A DNA stretch of 64,000 nucleotides from an uncultured Planctomycetaceae bacterium (GCA_963833985.1 CAWIAD010000002.1:4928001-4992000); one strand, 5' to 3'; counted from the first letter of the stretch, positions 1-10,743 are shown. Numbers and translations: made by a program. The notes: a model not told the origin generated them from the letters alone.

Positions 1-1
1 T

Positions 2-1108
2 ATGGAACCAGCCGTCGCGGATCGCCTCGCATGTCGCCTCCGCCCGGCCCCAGTAGCCGAGCATCTCGTTCGGGCCGCGGATCGCGATCTCGCCCACCTC
101 TCCGGCCGCAAGTTCCGCGCCGGTCTCGCATGAGACGACCTTCATCGCGACCCCCTCGATGGGCGTGCCGATCGAGCCGGGCCGGTAGCGGTCGCGATGG
201 TTGTAGGACGCGAACGGCGAGGTCTCCGTCAGGCCATAACCCTGGTTGATCGGCCGGCCGAACTTCGAGAGCCAGCCATCCTCGACCGGCCGGGGCAAGG
301 GCGAGGCTGCCGAGAAGAAGAGCCGGACGCCCGGGAACGCTCCCGGATCGGCAGCATCGAGCAAGATCCGGAAAACGGGGGGGACCGCGAACACCATCGT
401 CACGCCGTCGTTGACGATCGATCGGAGGACCTCCCCGGGATCGAACGCCCGGTGCAGGACGATTGCGGCCCCCGCCTGGAGGGCCGCGTTGAGCACCGCG
501 TTCTGTCCGAAGCAGTGGAACAGCGGCAGGAACAGGAGCAGCCGGTCGTCGGGGTGAATCCCCAGGTGGCTCCGTTTCGACAGCGAATTGAAGAGGACGT
601 TCGCGTGGGAGAGGGTCGCTCCCATGGGGTGCCCCGTCGTGCCCGAGGTGTAGACGATGGCCGCGGGGTGGTCCGGAGGGACGTCAACCACCGGATGCGT
701 CGCGATCGCCGGAGCAGGCCATCCGTCGCCGAGGCCGACGACGACCGGCGGGTCCGGCCTGCCACCAATGCCGGCTGCGACCGCCTCCGGGCGGAGCGTG
801 AGGACCACCTTCGCGCCGCAGTCGCGGACGACGAAGGCGAGCTCCTCGGCCGTCAGGCGAGGGTTGGCCGAGACGGCGATCGCGCCGAGCCGGACCGTGC
901 CGAGGTAGCCCTCGATGAATTCAGGTACGTTCGGCAAGGACAGCACGACGCGGTCGCCCGTGCCGACGCCGAGCGCCGCCAGCCCGGCCGCAACGGCCCC
1001 GGACCGGCGGTCGAGCGTGGCCCGGTCCAGAGAACGGCCCTCGAAGACCAGGCTCGTGTCCCGTGGCGCCCGGCATTCCGGGCCCTCCGGGAGTCTTCCG
1101 ATGTTCAT
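2..1108 (-). CDS. AMP-dependent synthetase / long-chain acyl-CoA ligase (3' end beyond window start)
   Basis: Manual minus-strand translation from ATG 1108 (MNIGRLPEG...) gives the AMP-binding motif IVYTSGTTGHPMG, LPLFHCFG, GYGLTETSP, GEIAIRGPNEMLGYW and IRDGWFH. Absent from the ORF track because no stop lies in the window. Confidence 0.9.
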   Translation of the reverse strand, partial: MNIGRLPEGPECRAPRDTSLVFEGRSLDRATLDRRSGAVAAGLAALGVGTGDRVVLSLPNVPEFIEGYLGTVRLGAIAVSANPRLTAEELAFVVRDCGAKVVLTLRPEAVAAGIGGRPDPPVVVGLGDGWPAPAIATHPVVDVPPDHPAAIVYTSGTTGHPMGATLSHANVLFNSLSKRSHLGIHPDDRLLLFLPLFHCFGQNAVLNAALQAGAAIVLHRAFDPGEVLRSIVNDGVTMVFAVPPVFRILLDAADPGAFPGVRLFFSAASPLPRPVEDGWLSKFGRPINQGYGLTETSPFASYNHRDRYRPGSIGTPIEGVAMKVVSCETGAELAAGEVGEIAIRGPNEMLGYWGRAEATCEAIRDGWFH

Positions 1109-2296
1109 GAACGGGCCCCAGAAAGACCTCTACGCTCATCCCCGCGAGGACCTGGTCCCAATCGTGGTGGCGACAATTCGCCCCGCCGATCCTCTCCGGA
1201 CCGTCGACCGATCACGTTCGGAATCGGCACGGCGCGATTCTGGGGATCCGTCGATTAATATCCGCGACCGTGACCTCTCCCACAAGGGTCCGGTACGCGC
1301 GGCCCCAGGCTGGAAACCGTGGTGTGAATCCGGGACGACCACCGCTTGCGGGGAGGTGCGTTCGGCAGTCGGCTGAAAATGCGATGTTTCGACGATTCAA
1401 GGCTCCTCGACCCGGAGATCGTAACCAGAAGGTAAAAAACATAAGATCTCGACGGATCTAGAAAATGTAGTGATGCCGATTGCTTTGGCACAGGGACCGA
1501 TGTCAAGAAGCAGACAGTCAAGTATGGCCTGCTTGCGGTTTGCCGGATCGATGTGCTGAGCCGTCGTCGGCATCGGGGAACCTGATCTTCGCTTATCATC
1601 TATCATCGCTTTCCACGCGCTGGACAGGTCGATAAACGAATTTACAGTTCTTCCGGTGAATGGTGACGTTCACCACCGAGCGCCGGGTCGAGAAAATGGG
1701 GAGGTAGTTCGGGGTCGCCGTCCGCTCGCCGCACGCAAGGCTGGGGCACGCTTTTGTGACCGGAGGCGTTGAGACGATCCGAAAACACGAGCGGGACCGA
1801 CGCCGTCGCCGTTCCGGGCGCAAGGCCAGCGGGAGCCAGATCCGGGGAACGCTTTTTTGTCGGTCAGAGCCTTGGCTCTCGATTGCGGCGAATGCTAAAC
1901 TGCGCGTGGGGGAATCCTCATCCGAGCCGCCCGACGGCCGAACCCGGGGAATCTGGCCTCCCGCCGAGCCTGCTTGCCTTGCCAGGGTTCCTCGACCCCA
2001 CCGCTTTGTCCCGCCAGCGATTCGCGTCTCCAGGGCCGTCCTGCGCGAATCCTCCAGGCCCGAGGCCGGCCGCCCTGAGCCACGAGAGGAAGATCCGAAA
2101 ACCATCAACGGGAGCCTGTGCGATGCCGGCTGCCTCTCGAGCACCCATTCGCCGCCGTGACCGACGTCGCGCGTTCCGCCGGCTGTTGCTGGTGCTCGCG
2201 ACCGCTGCCGCGCCTGGCGGCCCGCGACCTTCTGAACTCCGTGCCGGCGACTCGGTCCGCATCGAGCTCCAGCGACACGGTATGGGAGGCTCCAGC

Positions 2297-2972
2297 ATGT
2301 GGGAATCTCAGGCCAAGTCGTTACTCGTGGATTATTACGAAGCGTTCCTGCGACAGCGCGATCTCGATCTCTTTGCGCAGCAGGTCATGGGGCGCTGCTC
2401 CGAAGGGACGCTGGGACGGATCCTGATGTCTTCCGGCAGCGTCCCAGCACGCCGCGCGGCCGTGCTGGCCCTGGGTGTGCTGGGCAGCTTCGAGCACAGC
2501 AACGCGGTCGTGGGCCGGGCACTCCGCGACAACGACCCGGTCGTGCGTACGATGGCGGAAAGCGCACTCTGGGCCATCTGGTTCCGCGCGGATTCACCGG
2601 AGAATAACCAGAAGCTCGAAGAGATCCGTCTGCTGATCGGCCATGATCGCACCGACGCGGCCATCAAGGCATGCACGCAACTGATCGTGCGCGCACCGGG
2701 CTATGCCGAGGCCTACAACCAGCGGGCCATCGCGCTGTTCGTGCAGGGACGCTTCGCCGAGAGTGCTCAGGATTGCCAGCGCAGTGCTCAGGCTGAACCC
2801 GTTTCACATGGGTGCCATGTCGGGGCTGGCGCGGTGCCAGATCCAGCTCAATGAACCCCGCGAAGCGCTTCAAACGCTGCACCAGGCGGCGAAGCTTCAG
2901 CCGCACAACCGGGCGATCCGCGAGCATATCGAGATTCTGGAGGCCCAGATCGAATCAGAGGAGTCGCGGTAA
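2297..2972 (+). CDS. HEAT-repeat + TPR protein (frameshift near 2780)
   Basis: GGAGG RBS before ATG 2297. HEAT-like ARRAAVLALG...DNDPVVRTMAESALW, then TPR PGYAEAYNQRAIALF, continuing in ORF 2703..2972 (VLRLNPFHMGAMSGLARCQIQL). Confidence 0.75.
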
Positions 2973-2979
2973 GCGAGGC

Positions 2980-4365
2980 TCAGGAGGGGTCCGCCAGGCC
3001 GCGGATGGAGGGTCGCCGGAGCGATGGCCGGTGCGGGCCCGCGAACGCGGCGACCACCTCGGGGAGCGCCCCGAGATGGAGGTGAATCAGGCTGCCCACG
3101 GCATGATGGTGATAGTAAAGATCTCCATGGGCGGTGAGTGAGCCGAAGCACGCCGGACACTCCAAACGCTCAAGGCTGGCATGGAGGCGCCAGCGGCAAC
3201 TCCGGTATCCGCGTACGACGGTGCCTTTCTCTCCCAGCCAGCAGTCGTGCAGCAGGGTCCGGGTCACCGGCCTGGGCGGTTCGGCTCGGGCCAGCAGCTC
3301 GGCACTGAATGGCAGGATGCCCACTCCCGGAAAGGAGTGGCCGCCGATGATCAAGGACCGGCCCAGGTAGGCTGTGCCTCCGCCCTCGGAGTAGATGCGC
3401 CGGCCGCGGCACACGTGCTGACGCAGGGCGGCCATCATGCTCACGTTCGCGGCCAGCTTCTCGGCGTGAAGGTCGGGCGTGCCGCAGCCGATCATGACCA
3501 GGTCGACTCCCTCGGGCAGTGCTTCGTCGCGCAGCGGAGAGAACTCCACGAGCTCCGCGCCCAGCGCCTCGAGCGCCTCGAGCGTGTCCGGAAAGTAACG
3601 GCCGAACGCCTCGTCCTGGGCGTAAGCCACGCGGAAGCAGCGGCAGCAATCCATCAAGCCGCAGGCACAGGAGGGAGAACTGGATGCCGGGAACGGCCGG
3701 CTGCGGGCCAGGTCAGCCAGCGCCTCGAGCTTGCAGTGGCGAAGGAACGATGCGGCCAGCTCATGAACCAGGCAATCGTCGATCGCCGTATCGGTTCGAT
3801 CATGCTCGATCGCCCGGCGCACCACTGGCATGGCCTCGAGCGCTCCCAGAACCGGCACCGAGTAGGCAAGCTGGATGGACCGAGTCAGCCGCGGCAAATC
3901 GGCCGGATCAGCAAGCCGATCCAGGAGTACGCCGTCGGTGCCCCGGGGCAATCGAGGCAAGTGCATGATCCTGCCCGGCCCGTCCTCGAGGGAGACCACG
4001 GCGAGCATGGGCAGATCGAGCGACTGTGCCACCATGCTCAGGTCGCCCGGCAGATCGCTCTGGGTGCAGGACTGGAGTTGCAGGGGAGGCTCGAGCGTCC
4101 CCTCCACGATTGCCATCTCGGCGTTGCGTGTGCCGCGCAGGAAGAGTGCCCGGCAGAGGTCCTCGGGCATCAACCAGGAATCCAGATGGCGGCCCGGCAG
4201 CCCCGTGACACGGCCCACCAGCTCGGTGGCCGTGGGGCAGGCGCGGGTGCGGAAGTGCTGCACGCGCACCCGCTTCTCCGTGAGACCGGCCAGCAAGGCG
4301 AGAGCCATGATGGAAGGCTCTGGACCTTTGGCGGCAGTCGTAAGTGCGAGACGAGGAACTTCCAT
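2980..4365 (-). CDS. Cobyrinate a,c-diamide synthase (CbiA/CobB)-like protein with degenerate active sites
   Basis: RHLDSWLM, AIVEG, RVAYAQDEAFGRYFPDTLEALEALGAELVEFSPLRDEALP and a terminal HLH match the CbiA plus GATase_3 layout. The P-loop and catalytic Cys are not conserved. Confidence 0.8.
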   Translation of the reverse strand: MEVPRLALTTAAKGPEPSIMALALLAGLTEKRVRVQHFRTRACPTATELVGRVTGLPGRHLDSWLMPEDLCRALFLRGTRNAEMAIVEGTLEPPLQLQSCTQSDLPGDLSMVAQSLDLPMLAVVSLEDGPGRIMHLPRLPRGTDGVLLDRLADPADLPRLTRSIQLAYSVPVLGALEAMPVVRRAIEHDRTDTAIDDCLVHELAASFLRHCKLEALADLARSRPFPASSSPSCACGLMDCCRCFRVAYAQDEAFGRYFPDTLEALEALGAELVEFSPLRDEALPEGVDLVMIGCGTPDLHAEKLAANVSMMAALRQHVCRGRRIYSEGGGTAYLGRSLIIGGHSFPGVGILPFSAELLARAEPPRPVTRTLLHDCWLGEKGTVVRGYRSCRWRLHASLERLECPACFGSLTAHGDLYYHHHAVGSLIHLHLGALPEVVAAFAGPHRPSLRRPSIRGLADPS

Positions 4366-5028
4366 CAGCGACGTTCCGGAAGACGCAAGTTCAAGTCATC
4401 ATCGTCCAGACAGGCGACGGCGGAGCTCAGTGCCCCGCGGGAACGAAACAATCTGCTGCCCGGCCTCGGCGTCTCTTACGACGATGCCGGTTGACCAGAA
4501 CTGCCCGTAAGTCCCGGCCTATTCGTGGGGTTCCACCCTGCTTCACAGCCTAATCAGGAACAATGGCGAACTTTGACGGCGAGGGTGAAGCCCAGACGCT
4601 CCTGGCGTGGGGTGCCCCCTCACGACTCCGTGTCTGCGCAAGACGCAACGGCAAGGGGATATTGCAAGCAATCATGGCCCCGTCATATGCCGTCGTGCTG
4701 CGAGGAAGGATCCGCTACACACTCACACTGTATCGAAACAGTGAAGGCAGCCATATTCTCTGGCGTATCAAATACTAGCGCTACCCGGGGAGAGGTCAAG
4801 GCTGAACCGAAGTGCATAAGGGGAAAACCCATGCGAAACGGTGGCGGCCGAAGATTCAATTGCGAAGCCTCATGTCTCGCTTTTTCCGGTGCGGCCTTTC
4901 GCCTTGCTGCCGGCGGTCCGGCGCGTATGGTACTGCCTCGCTGACCACAGGACCAGCTTTTTGAAGCCCGCGCCGGGCTTGGGGGGCAAGGATTGCAGGA
5001 AGCAAGCGGGGCGATCCCGGGGCCAGGG

Positions 5029-6117
5029 ATGGCGGAAGTTGTGCAAGGAAATGTGGCTCGTCCTCGAGCGACGATCTGCGAGCGCGGACGAAGGTTCCGG
5101 ACGATCGCGGCATGCGTGACGGCGGCCTGGGCGCTGGTCTGCGGACCGCATCCCTGCGCGGGGGCTGGTGAGCCCGTACCGGGGCAGGCCACCGTTCCGG
5201 CCGGCGAAGCCTCCGGCGCCCGCGCGAGGAGCCATGCCGAGGGTGCACTCGATCAGTACCGCACCAGGCGGCGGGCGGACCTGCTTGAGCTCGAGTCGCG
5301 CGTCGTCAAGCACGAGCAGGCCCTCACCGTGGCGGTTCCTCCCGTGCTCGAAGAGCAGCGCGTTCTGGCCGACCGGGCCGAAAGCGACTTCGCACAGGTC
5401 AAGCAACTGCTCGACGACGGCGATGTCAGCCGTCTGGATGCACTCCGGCTGAACAACGACTTCCGCCGCATCGGCCCGGAACGCGACCGGATCCTGCGCA
5501 CCGAGCTGGCGGCCATCGAATCCCAGTTACAGTATTATGAGAATTTGTTAACCAGCGTTGAGCTCGAGCTCATCGAGGACTCGCTGGCCGACCAGGCGGA
5601 ACACGACTCTGTTCTGGAGCGGCTGGTGCCAGAGCTGCACAGCCAGGCCCGGCAAGATTTTGCGGAGCTGGATCGCGCGCACAAGCAATTGCTGGTGCGG
5701 CGAAAGACGGTGTTGCTGAAGCTGGTGTCTCTGGTCTCCGAGACCCTCCGTCAGGTGACGCGCCGGCTGGACGTCCTTGAGCAAGAGTATGCTTTTATTC
5801 GCACGCATATCTTCTGGGTTCGCGACCAGGAGCCGCTCGGCCGGGAGACGCTCCAGCAACTGGGCCGCGAGCTGAAGCGGCTGGCAAAGGGAATGATCGC
5901 GCTGGCCGAAGCCTTCGGCGACCGCACGTCGTGGTCGGTACCTTCCAGCGAGTTCCTCTCGGCGGCGGTCGCCGCGCTGGTCCTGCCGCTGGGCTTGTTC
6001 CGGTTGCGGAGGCTGCTGCGGCGAAGGATCACCCGGCGCATGCCGCCGAGCCATTTGCACGGGCCGCCGGCCCGGCCGGTGCGGATCGACATGAACCCGG
6101 CGATCACGCGGACATGA
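5029..6117 (+). CDS. Coiled-coil periplasmic protein resembling the N-terminal half of MscK-type channels
   Basis: Signal-like N-terminus, long heptad-rich region, FIRTHIFWVRD motif (MscK-like HLFW), one TM segment. Start uncertain. Confidence 0.6.
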   Translation: MAEVVQGNVARPRATICERGRRFRTIAACVTAAWALVCGPHPCAGAGEPVPGQATVPAGEASGARARSHAEGALDQYRTRRRADLLELESRVVKHEQALTVAVPPVLEEQRVLADRAESDFAQVKQLLDDGDVSRLDALRLNNDFRRIGPERDRILRTELAAIESQLQYYENLLTSVELELIEDSLADQAEHDSVLERLVPELHSQARQDFAELDRAHKQLLVRRKTVLLKLVSLVSETLRQVTRRLDVLEQEYAFIRTHIFWVRDQEPLGRETLQQLGRELKRLAKGMIALAEAFGDRTSWSVPSSEFLSAAVAALVLPLGLFRLRRLLRRRITRRMPPSHLHGPPARPVRIDMNPAITRT

Positions 6118-6202
6118 CCGGTTGCCCGCGGTCCGGAGCCGACCGGCGCGGCCCGGCACCGAGCCATCGCGGCCGGACGCACGCCACACGAGAGGCAAGG
6201 AC

Positions 6203-8176
6203 GTGAAACGAGCGATCCGATCGTTGCTCCTGGGGCTGGCATGGGCCTCGCTCTGGCCGGCGTACCTCGTGCTGCTGGGACAGCTGGCGCAGCGGGCCCC
6301 CCTGCCCAGGAACCTGTGCATCCTGGGGTCCACGGTGTTGCACGGACTGGCGCTGGGAGCTTTCCTTCCGGCCGTGCTGGCCTGGATGACCCGGCGGGAC
6401 GGCTGGTCCGAGCGGTTCCTGGGAATTCCCGAGGCCGTGGGGCGGCAAGTTTGCCGCACCGGACGATTCCTGGCGGTCATGGCCGTGATCTTCCTGGTGC
6501 CGGTCCACGTGCTGGCCAGTGGTGAATTCGCACCCGGGGGCCGGCCGATCAAGGCCGTCGCCCTCCAGCGTGTGCTCGTCCTGGGGTTCGAGCTCGCGGT
6601 CTGGGGCGCCCTGGTGACGCTGGTGCGCCGGAGATCGCCCCTCTTGCAATGGTGCGACCTGAGTGAGCGGGGCGTTCCTGGGGAAGACGGCTTACCGGCA
6701 CACACCTCGGGCTCGGGCTCGGGCTCGGGCTCGTTCGACGCGAAGCGTTCCTCCGCCTGGCCGGAGCGGATCAGCCGCCACCGGCGCCTGGTGGGCTGGG
6801 CGCTCGTGCTCCTCGCCGCCGGCGTCATCGTCCTGGATGTCCGCGGCTACAGCTTTACGGCCCGGCGGCTGGCGGCAGGCAGCGCGGCAACTTTGGGGCT
6901 CTTTCTCGCCTGCTGGGCTGCGCACCGCGGGTCCTGCCGCCTGATTGCCCGCAGCGCGCACCGCTGGGGAGTCGCACAGCGGTCCGCCTCGCTCGTCCTG
7001 GTCAGCGCGGTGGCGCTGCGTGGCAAGCCCCGCACCGTCACGCCCGGCGCCTCCGGTGAGGGCGCGAGGGCTGACCTCGGCAGCCGGGAGGACCTGGCGG
7101 CCCGGCTCAGCCAGCTCGTCTTCTACGTGCTGATCATTCTGGCGGCGCTGGGCGTCGCCTGGATCTGGGAGCTTGACCTGACGCTGGTCCGTTTCCTGGC
7201 CGGCCAGACGCTGTGGAGCTTCTCCGACAGCCCGGTCACTCTTGGCAACCTGACCACCGCGCTCGCGGCCATTGTGCTGGGCAGCCTGGCCTGGCGGTAC
7301 ATGGGCGCGGTCTTCACGCTGACCCTCTTCCCGCGCATGGCCGATGATCCGGGAGTGCGGTTCGCTGTGGTGATGCTCTGCCGTTACGCCGTGCTGGGCA
7401 TGACGGCTGTGATCGCGCTTGGCGCCATTCATATCAGTTCGGCGCAGATTGGCATGGTCGTGGCCGCTCTGGGCGTGGGTCTGGGTTTCGGTCTTCAGGA
7501 GATCGTGTCGAACTTCGTCTGCGGAATCATCATGCTCCTGGAACGGCCGGTGCGGATCGGCGACATCGTCACGGTGGCCGGCACGACGGGGAAGGTGGAT
7601 CGCATCCACATCCGCGCCACCACGATCATCAACGGCGATAACCAGAGTATGATCGTCCCGAACCGGGAGTTCATCACCGGCAACCTGGTGAACTGGACGC
7701 ACAAGGACCGTATCCTGCGCGTGACGATCCGGGTCGGCGTTGCCTACGGTTCGGATCCGCAGCAGGTGGTCGATCTCTTGCTGGGCATCGCGGCCGGCGA
7801 TCCTGACGTGCTCCAGAATCCGCCGGCCTCGGCGCTGCTCGAGGAACTGGGCGATTCCGCTCTCAAGTTCGCGCTGTACACGTACGTTGCGGATCCCGCG
7901 CTGGTTGGCGCGGTGAGGCACCGGATCTCCGCAGGAATTCCGCGCGTGCTGGCCGGCGCGAGCATCGGCATACCCTACCCGATTCAGGAGTTGCACATCG
8001 GCCGCCTCGCCGACGACCTGATGCAGGCGATCACGCGGCCGGGGCACCTGGGGCGGGATGCCGGCCTGCGCCTGGACGCGGCTTCAGCGGCGACGGCCAT
8101 GCCGCATGCACAGGAGCGCAGGGGCCCGGGCAGGCCAGTGGAACCCGCGGATCGCTCGGCGACGGGCGCCCGCTGA
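6203..8176 (+). CDS. Mechanosensitive channel, MscS/MscK family (membrane and C-terminal part)
   Basis: Many TM helices, then AALGVGLGFGLQEIVSNFVCGIIMLLERPVRIGD...VPNREFITGNLVNWT...VGVAYGSD. GTG start with a purine-rich upstream sequence. Confidence 0.9.
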   Translation: MKRAIRSLLLGLAWASLWPAYLVLLGQLAQRAPLPRNLCILGSTVLHGLALGAFLPAVLAWMTRRDGWSERFLGIPEAVGRQVCRTGRFLAVMAVIFLVPVHVLASGEFAPGGRPIKAVALQRVLVLGFELAVWGALVTLVRRRSPLLQWCDLSERGVPGEDGLPAHTSGSGSGSGSFDAKRSSAWPERISRHRRLVGWALVLLAAGVIVLDVRGYSFTARRLAAGSAATLGLFLACWAAHRGSCRLIARSAHRWGVAQRSASLVLVSAVALRGKPRTVTPGASGEGARADLGSREDLAARLSQLVFYVLIILAALGVAWIWELDLTLVRFLAGQTLWSFSDSPVTLGNLTTALAAIVLGSLAWRYMGAVFTLTLFPRMADDPGVRFAVVMLCRYAVLGMTAVIALGAIHISSAQIGMVVAALGVGLGFGLQEIVSNFVCGIIMLLERPVRIGDIVTVAGTTGKVDRIHIRATTIINGDNQSMIVPNREFITGNLVNWTHKDRILRVTIRVGVAYGSDPQQVVDLLLGIAAGDPDVLQNPPASALLEELGDSALKFALYTYVADPALVGAVRHRISAGIPRVLAGASIGIPYPIQELHIGRLADDLMQAITRPGHLGRDAGLRLDAASAATAMPHAQERRGPGRPVEPADRSATGAR

Positions 8177-8191
8177 GGATGGCAGGAACGG

Positions 8192-9931
8192 TCAAGGCCG
8201 TCCCGCCGGGGCAGGCGGTCCAGCAGGATCACGGGCGGGGACGCGATCGGAGGGCGATGCCGCTTCTCCGTTGCCTGCGTAGAAGAGCTCGCAGAACTTG
8301 CCGAGCAAGCGGCCGGCTTCCGCAGTGGCGTCCGCAGACGTATGGCCCGGCCGTGGCGAGTCGAGCACCACATTGTTCACGAACAGGGCGAGTATCAGCG
8401 GGCGGCCCGAGGCCGTTTCCAGGTATCCGGCCAGGGCCTTGCTGGTCAGAACCATCTTGCCGCTCAGCTCGTTTTGCACCCAGTAGGTTCCGGTCTTGGC
8501 GTGGGCGTGCCCGCGCGCCGGGCTCTCCGGGCCGACAGCGTGAGCCAGCGTTCCGTCACGACCAAGGACCGGCAATGCGGCTTCGTAAGCAGGAAAATCC
8601 GGACGCCTCGCCATGGCCCGGAGCAAAACCACCGTGGCGCGAGGAGTGACCAGGTCGGCACGCGAGCCGCCGGCTCCGCCTCCGAAAGACGCCTCCGCCG
8701 GATCGATCCCAAGGCTTTTCAAGAACTCGCCTTCTCTCCGCAGACCATCCTCGAGCGTCCGCTCGCCGTGCTTCGCGGCCAGGAGCAGAGGGAGTGTGCT
8801 GGCGTGCAGGTTATGGCTCACCTTGAGAATCACCTTGATGAATTCACGGAATGGCGGCGACGTGTACTGTGCGACCCTGGGCAGCCGGGCCACGTCTTCG
8901 CGCGGGCCCAGCCGCGCCGGGTCGTTCCGGCTCAGGAACGATGCGCCGCTGCGCACGTCATGGCGAATGAGAGCTTCGATGAAAAGGCCCCGCGCCGAGG
9001 ACGCCGGATCCTCGATCTCGTGGGTCAATACCCTCCGCGCGCTGCCGGCGGGAACCTTGCCGCGGACGCTGAAGGAGCGCGGGCCGATGGCTTCAACATG
9101 CAGATCGGGCCCCTCCCCGGCGGCGACAGTCTGCACCTGGGCGTCCATGGTGAAAGAGCGCGTGGGCGGCAGGAACGACACCGCTGCGCTCTCGCTCCGG
9201 GTTTTGCCCGGGTGGACCAGTATGTCCAGAACGTTGTCATTGACCAGGATGGGGCTGACGCGACGCGGGCCGCTTCCCGTACTTTCGGTGCTGTCGAAGA
9301 GCCGGTCGTCGACGATCACCTCGCCGGTGACGGCATTGATTCCGGCCGCATGGACCTCGCGTGCCAGGTGATCGAGTCCGGCCAGAGGATCGGCCGAGAC
9401 GATGTCGCTGCGCGGATTGCCGCCCGCGTAGGTGTGATCGTCGTCCTTGAAGAGGAGGGTGCCGTCGGGCCCGGCCCGTCCGCCCATGCCCAGATCGCCC
9501 TGGGCAATGAGAATAAGGTCACCGTGGAGGACCCCCTTCTCGTCCACCAGGCCTCGGCGCACGACCGGTGTCTCGAAGCGATAGTCGGGTCCCAGCTCGG
9601 CCAGCGCGGCTGCCACGCTGAAGAGCTTGGTGACAGAGGCCGGGGCGAAGAGCTGCTCGCTGTCCTGCTCGAAAACCTGCTCGCCGGTGCGGGCGTCGAT
9701 GACCAGGATCCCCCAGTGCCCATGCTGGTAGCCGGGAGTTTGCAGCAGATCCAGCACTCGCTGCTTGAGGGAATCCGGCCGGGCACTGGCACGCGGCGCA
9801 TCGTCACCGCGTCCCGCCGGGGCGATCAAGAGGATGAAGCTCAGGACCGCGGCCACGGACAGGAAAGGCAAGCGCGATGGACAGCCGCCGGTGCCCGAGC
9901 CCCTCGTGATCGGCAGTCGCGACGTTGGCAC
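8192..9931 (-). CDS. dacB: D-alanyl-D-alanine carboxypeptidase/endopeptidase (PBP4, peptidase S13)
   Basis: SxxK (PASVTK), SxN (SHN) and KTG (HAKTGT) motifs plus a signal peptide. Start approximate. Confidence 0.88.
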   Translation of the reverse strand: MPTSRLPITRGSGTGGCPSRLPFLSVAAVLSFILLIAPAGRGDDAPRASARPDSLKQRVLDLLQTPGYQHGHWGILVIDARTGEQVFEQDSEQLFAPASVTKLFSVAAALAELGPDYRFETPVVRRGLVDEKGVLHGDLILIAQGDLGMGGRAGPDGTLLFKDDDHTYAGGNPRSDIVSADPLAGLDHLAREVHAAGINAVTGEVIVDDRLFDSTESTGSGPRRVSPILVNDNVLDILVHPGKTRSESAAVSFLPPTRSFTMDAQVQTVAAGEGPDLHVEAIGPRSFSVRGKVPAGSARRVLTHEIEDPASSARGLFIEALIRHDVRSGASFLSRNDPARLGPREDVARLPRVAQYTSPPFREFIKVILKVSHNLHASTLPLLLAAKHGERTLEDGLRREGEFLKSLGIDPAEASFGGGAGGSRADLVTPRATVVLLRAMARRPDFPAYEAALPVLGRDGTLAHAVGPESPARGHAHAKTGTYWVQNELSGKMVLTSKALAGYLETASGRPLILALFVNNVVLDSPRPGHTSADATAEAGRLLGKFCELFYAGNGEAASPSDRVPARDPAGPPAPAGRP

Positions 9932-10375
9932 GGCTGGCCCCCCATGGTTGGGACGGTCGACCAGAGACACGAAAGCAGTATATCGCAAGGGCCTGCGAAG
10001 GGAACGTGTCGAGATTGCGGCATTGGGTGCGCAACCTGCACCCTCCCGGCGGAGCCGTCCGCAGCTCAAGGGCGACGGCGAAGCAAGGGGAAGCACAACG
10101 TGTCCCGGAGCAGGCCAGCGGCGCCTGTGCTTGTCCTCGTTCCCCTGGAGCTCATCGCAGTCGCGACTGAGAGGGGAGAACGTGCGAGCCGAGTGAGAGC
10201 GTCGAGGGAACGCGGGCAAAGCCCTGATCGAGACCGGTTCCTCTCCGCGGGAGGAGAGACCGGAGCAAGCGGAGATAGGAATCTTCCCCACGGTCGCGAT
10301 CGCGGAAAGGCGGGCGGTTTCGAAAGGCCCGCTCCGGGGTGCGTCAGCGCGAGCGCAAGCCCACCCCGGTTTCAC

Positions 10376-10651
10376 TCAGCGAATCAACTGCAAGCAACTC
10401 GCGGAGAGGAAGCCGTTGATCATCCGGCGGCCAATCGCGAACACGGGGCTACCGTGGCAGAGGTTTTCGCCAAGATCTTCCAGCCAGCCACCGTCCGGTA
10501 CCAGTGAGGCCTCGGCCTCGACGATAACCATGTCTCTGGGACGGCCCTTGGGGGCGATCTGGAGAACGAGGCGGGAGCTGTCATCGCTCACACCCGATGT
10601 TTCCACCCAGGAATCAATGATCGCTCCATTCACCACCATTTCCGATTCCAT
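10376..10651 (-). CDS. Small hypothetical protein (beta-rich, possible OB-like fold)
   Basis: Strong GAGGAGGAG RBS before ATG 10651 (MESEMVVNGAII...) and an upstream promoter. Confidence 0.65.
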   Translation of the reverse strand: MESEMVVNGAIIDSWVETSGVSDDSSRLVLQIAPKGRPRDMVIVEAEASLVPDGGWLEDLGENLCHGSPVFAIGRRMINGFLSASCLQLIR

Positions 10652-10743
10652 CCTCAGCTCCTCCTCTTCACTCTTTTGACCTGTGGAGATCACCGACCCT
10701 GAAGGAACCAGCAACTCGCCATGTCGCGTGCTTGTCTACATCC

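Noticed and set aside
4366..4700. Cobalamin riboswitch or sigma-54 promoter upstream of the cbiA-like gene
   Set aside because: No B12-box or GGGAA/GCCACTG core is recognisable, and the -24 box (CGGGGC...TTGCT) is a weak match.
6706..6732. (TCGGGC)n hexamer repeat
   Set aside because: In-frame Ser-Gly linker within the MscS gene.
8342..10507. Long antisense or shadow ORFs (also 197-1258, 23035-24525, 33886-35535, 38537-40447, 50029-51843)
   Set aside because: They lie opposite well-supported genes, have no motifs, and are expected in high-GC DNA.
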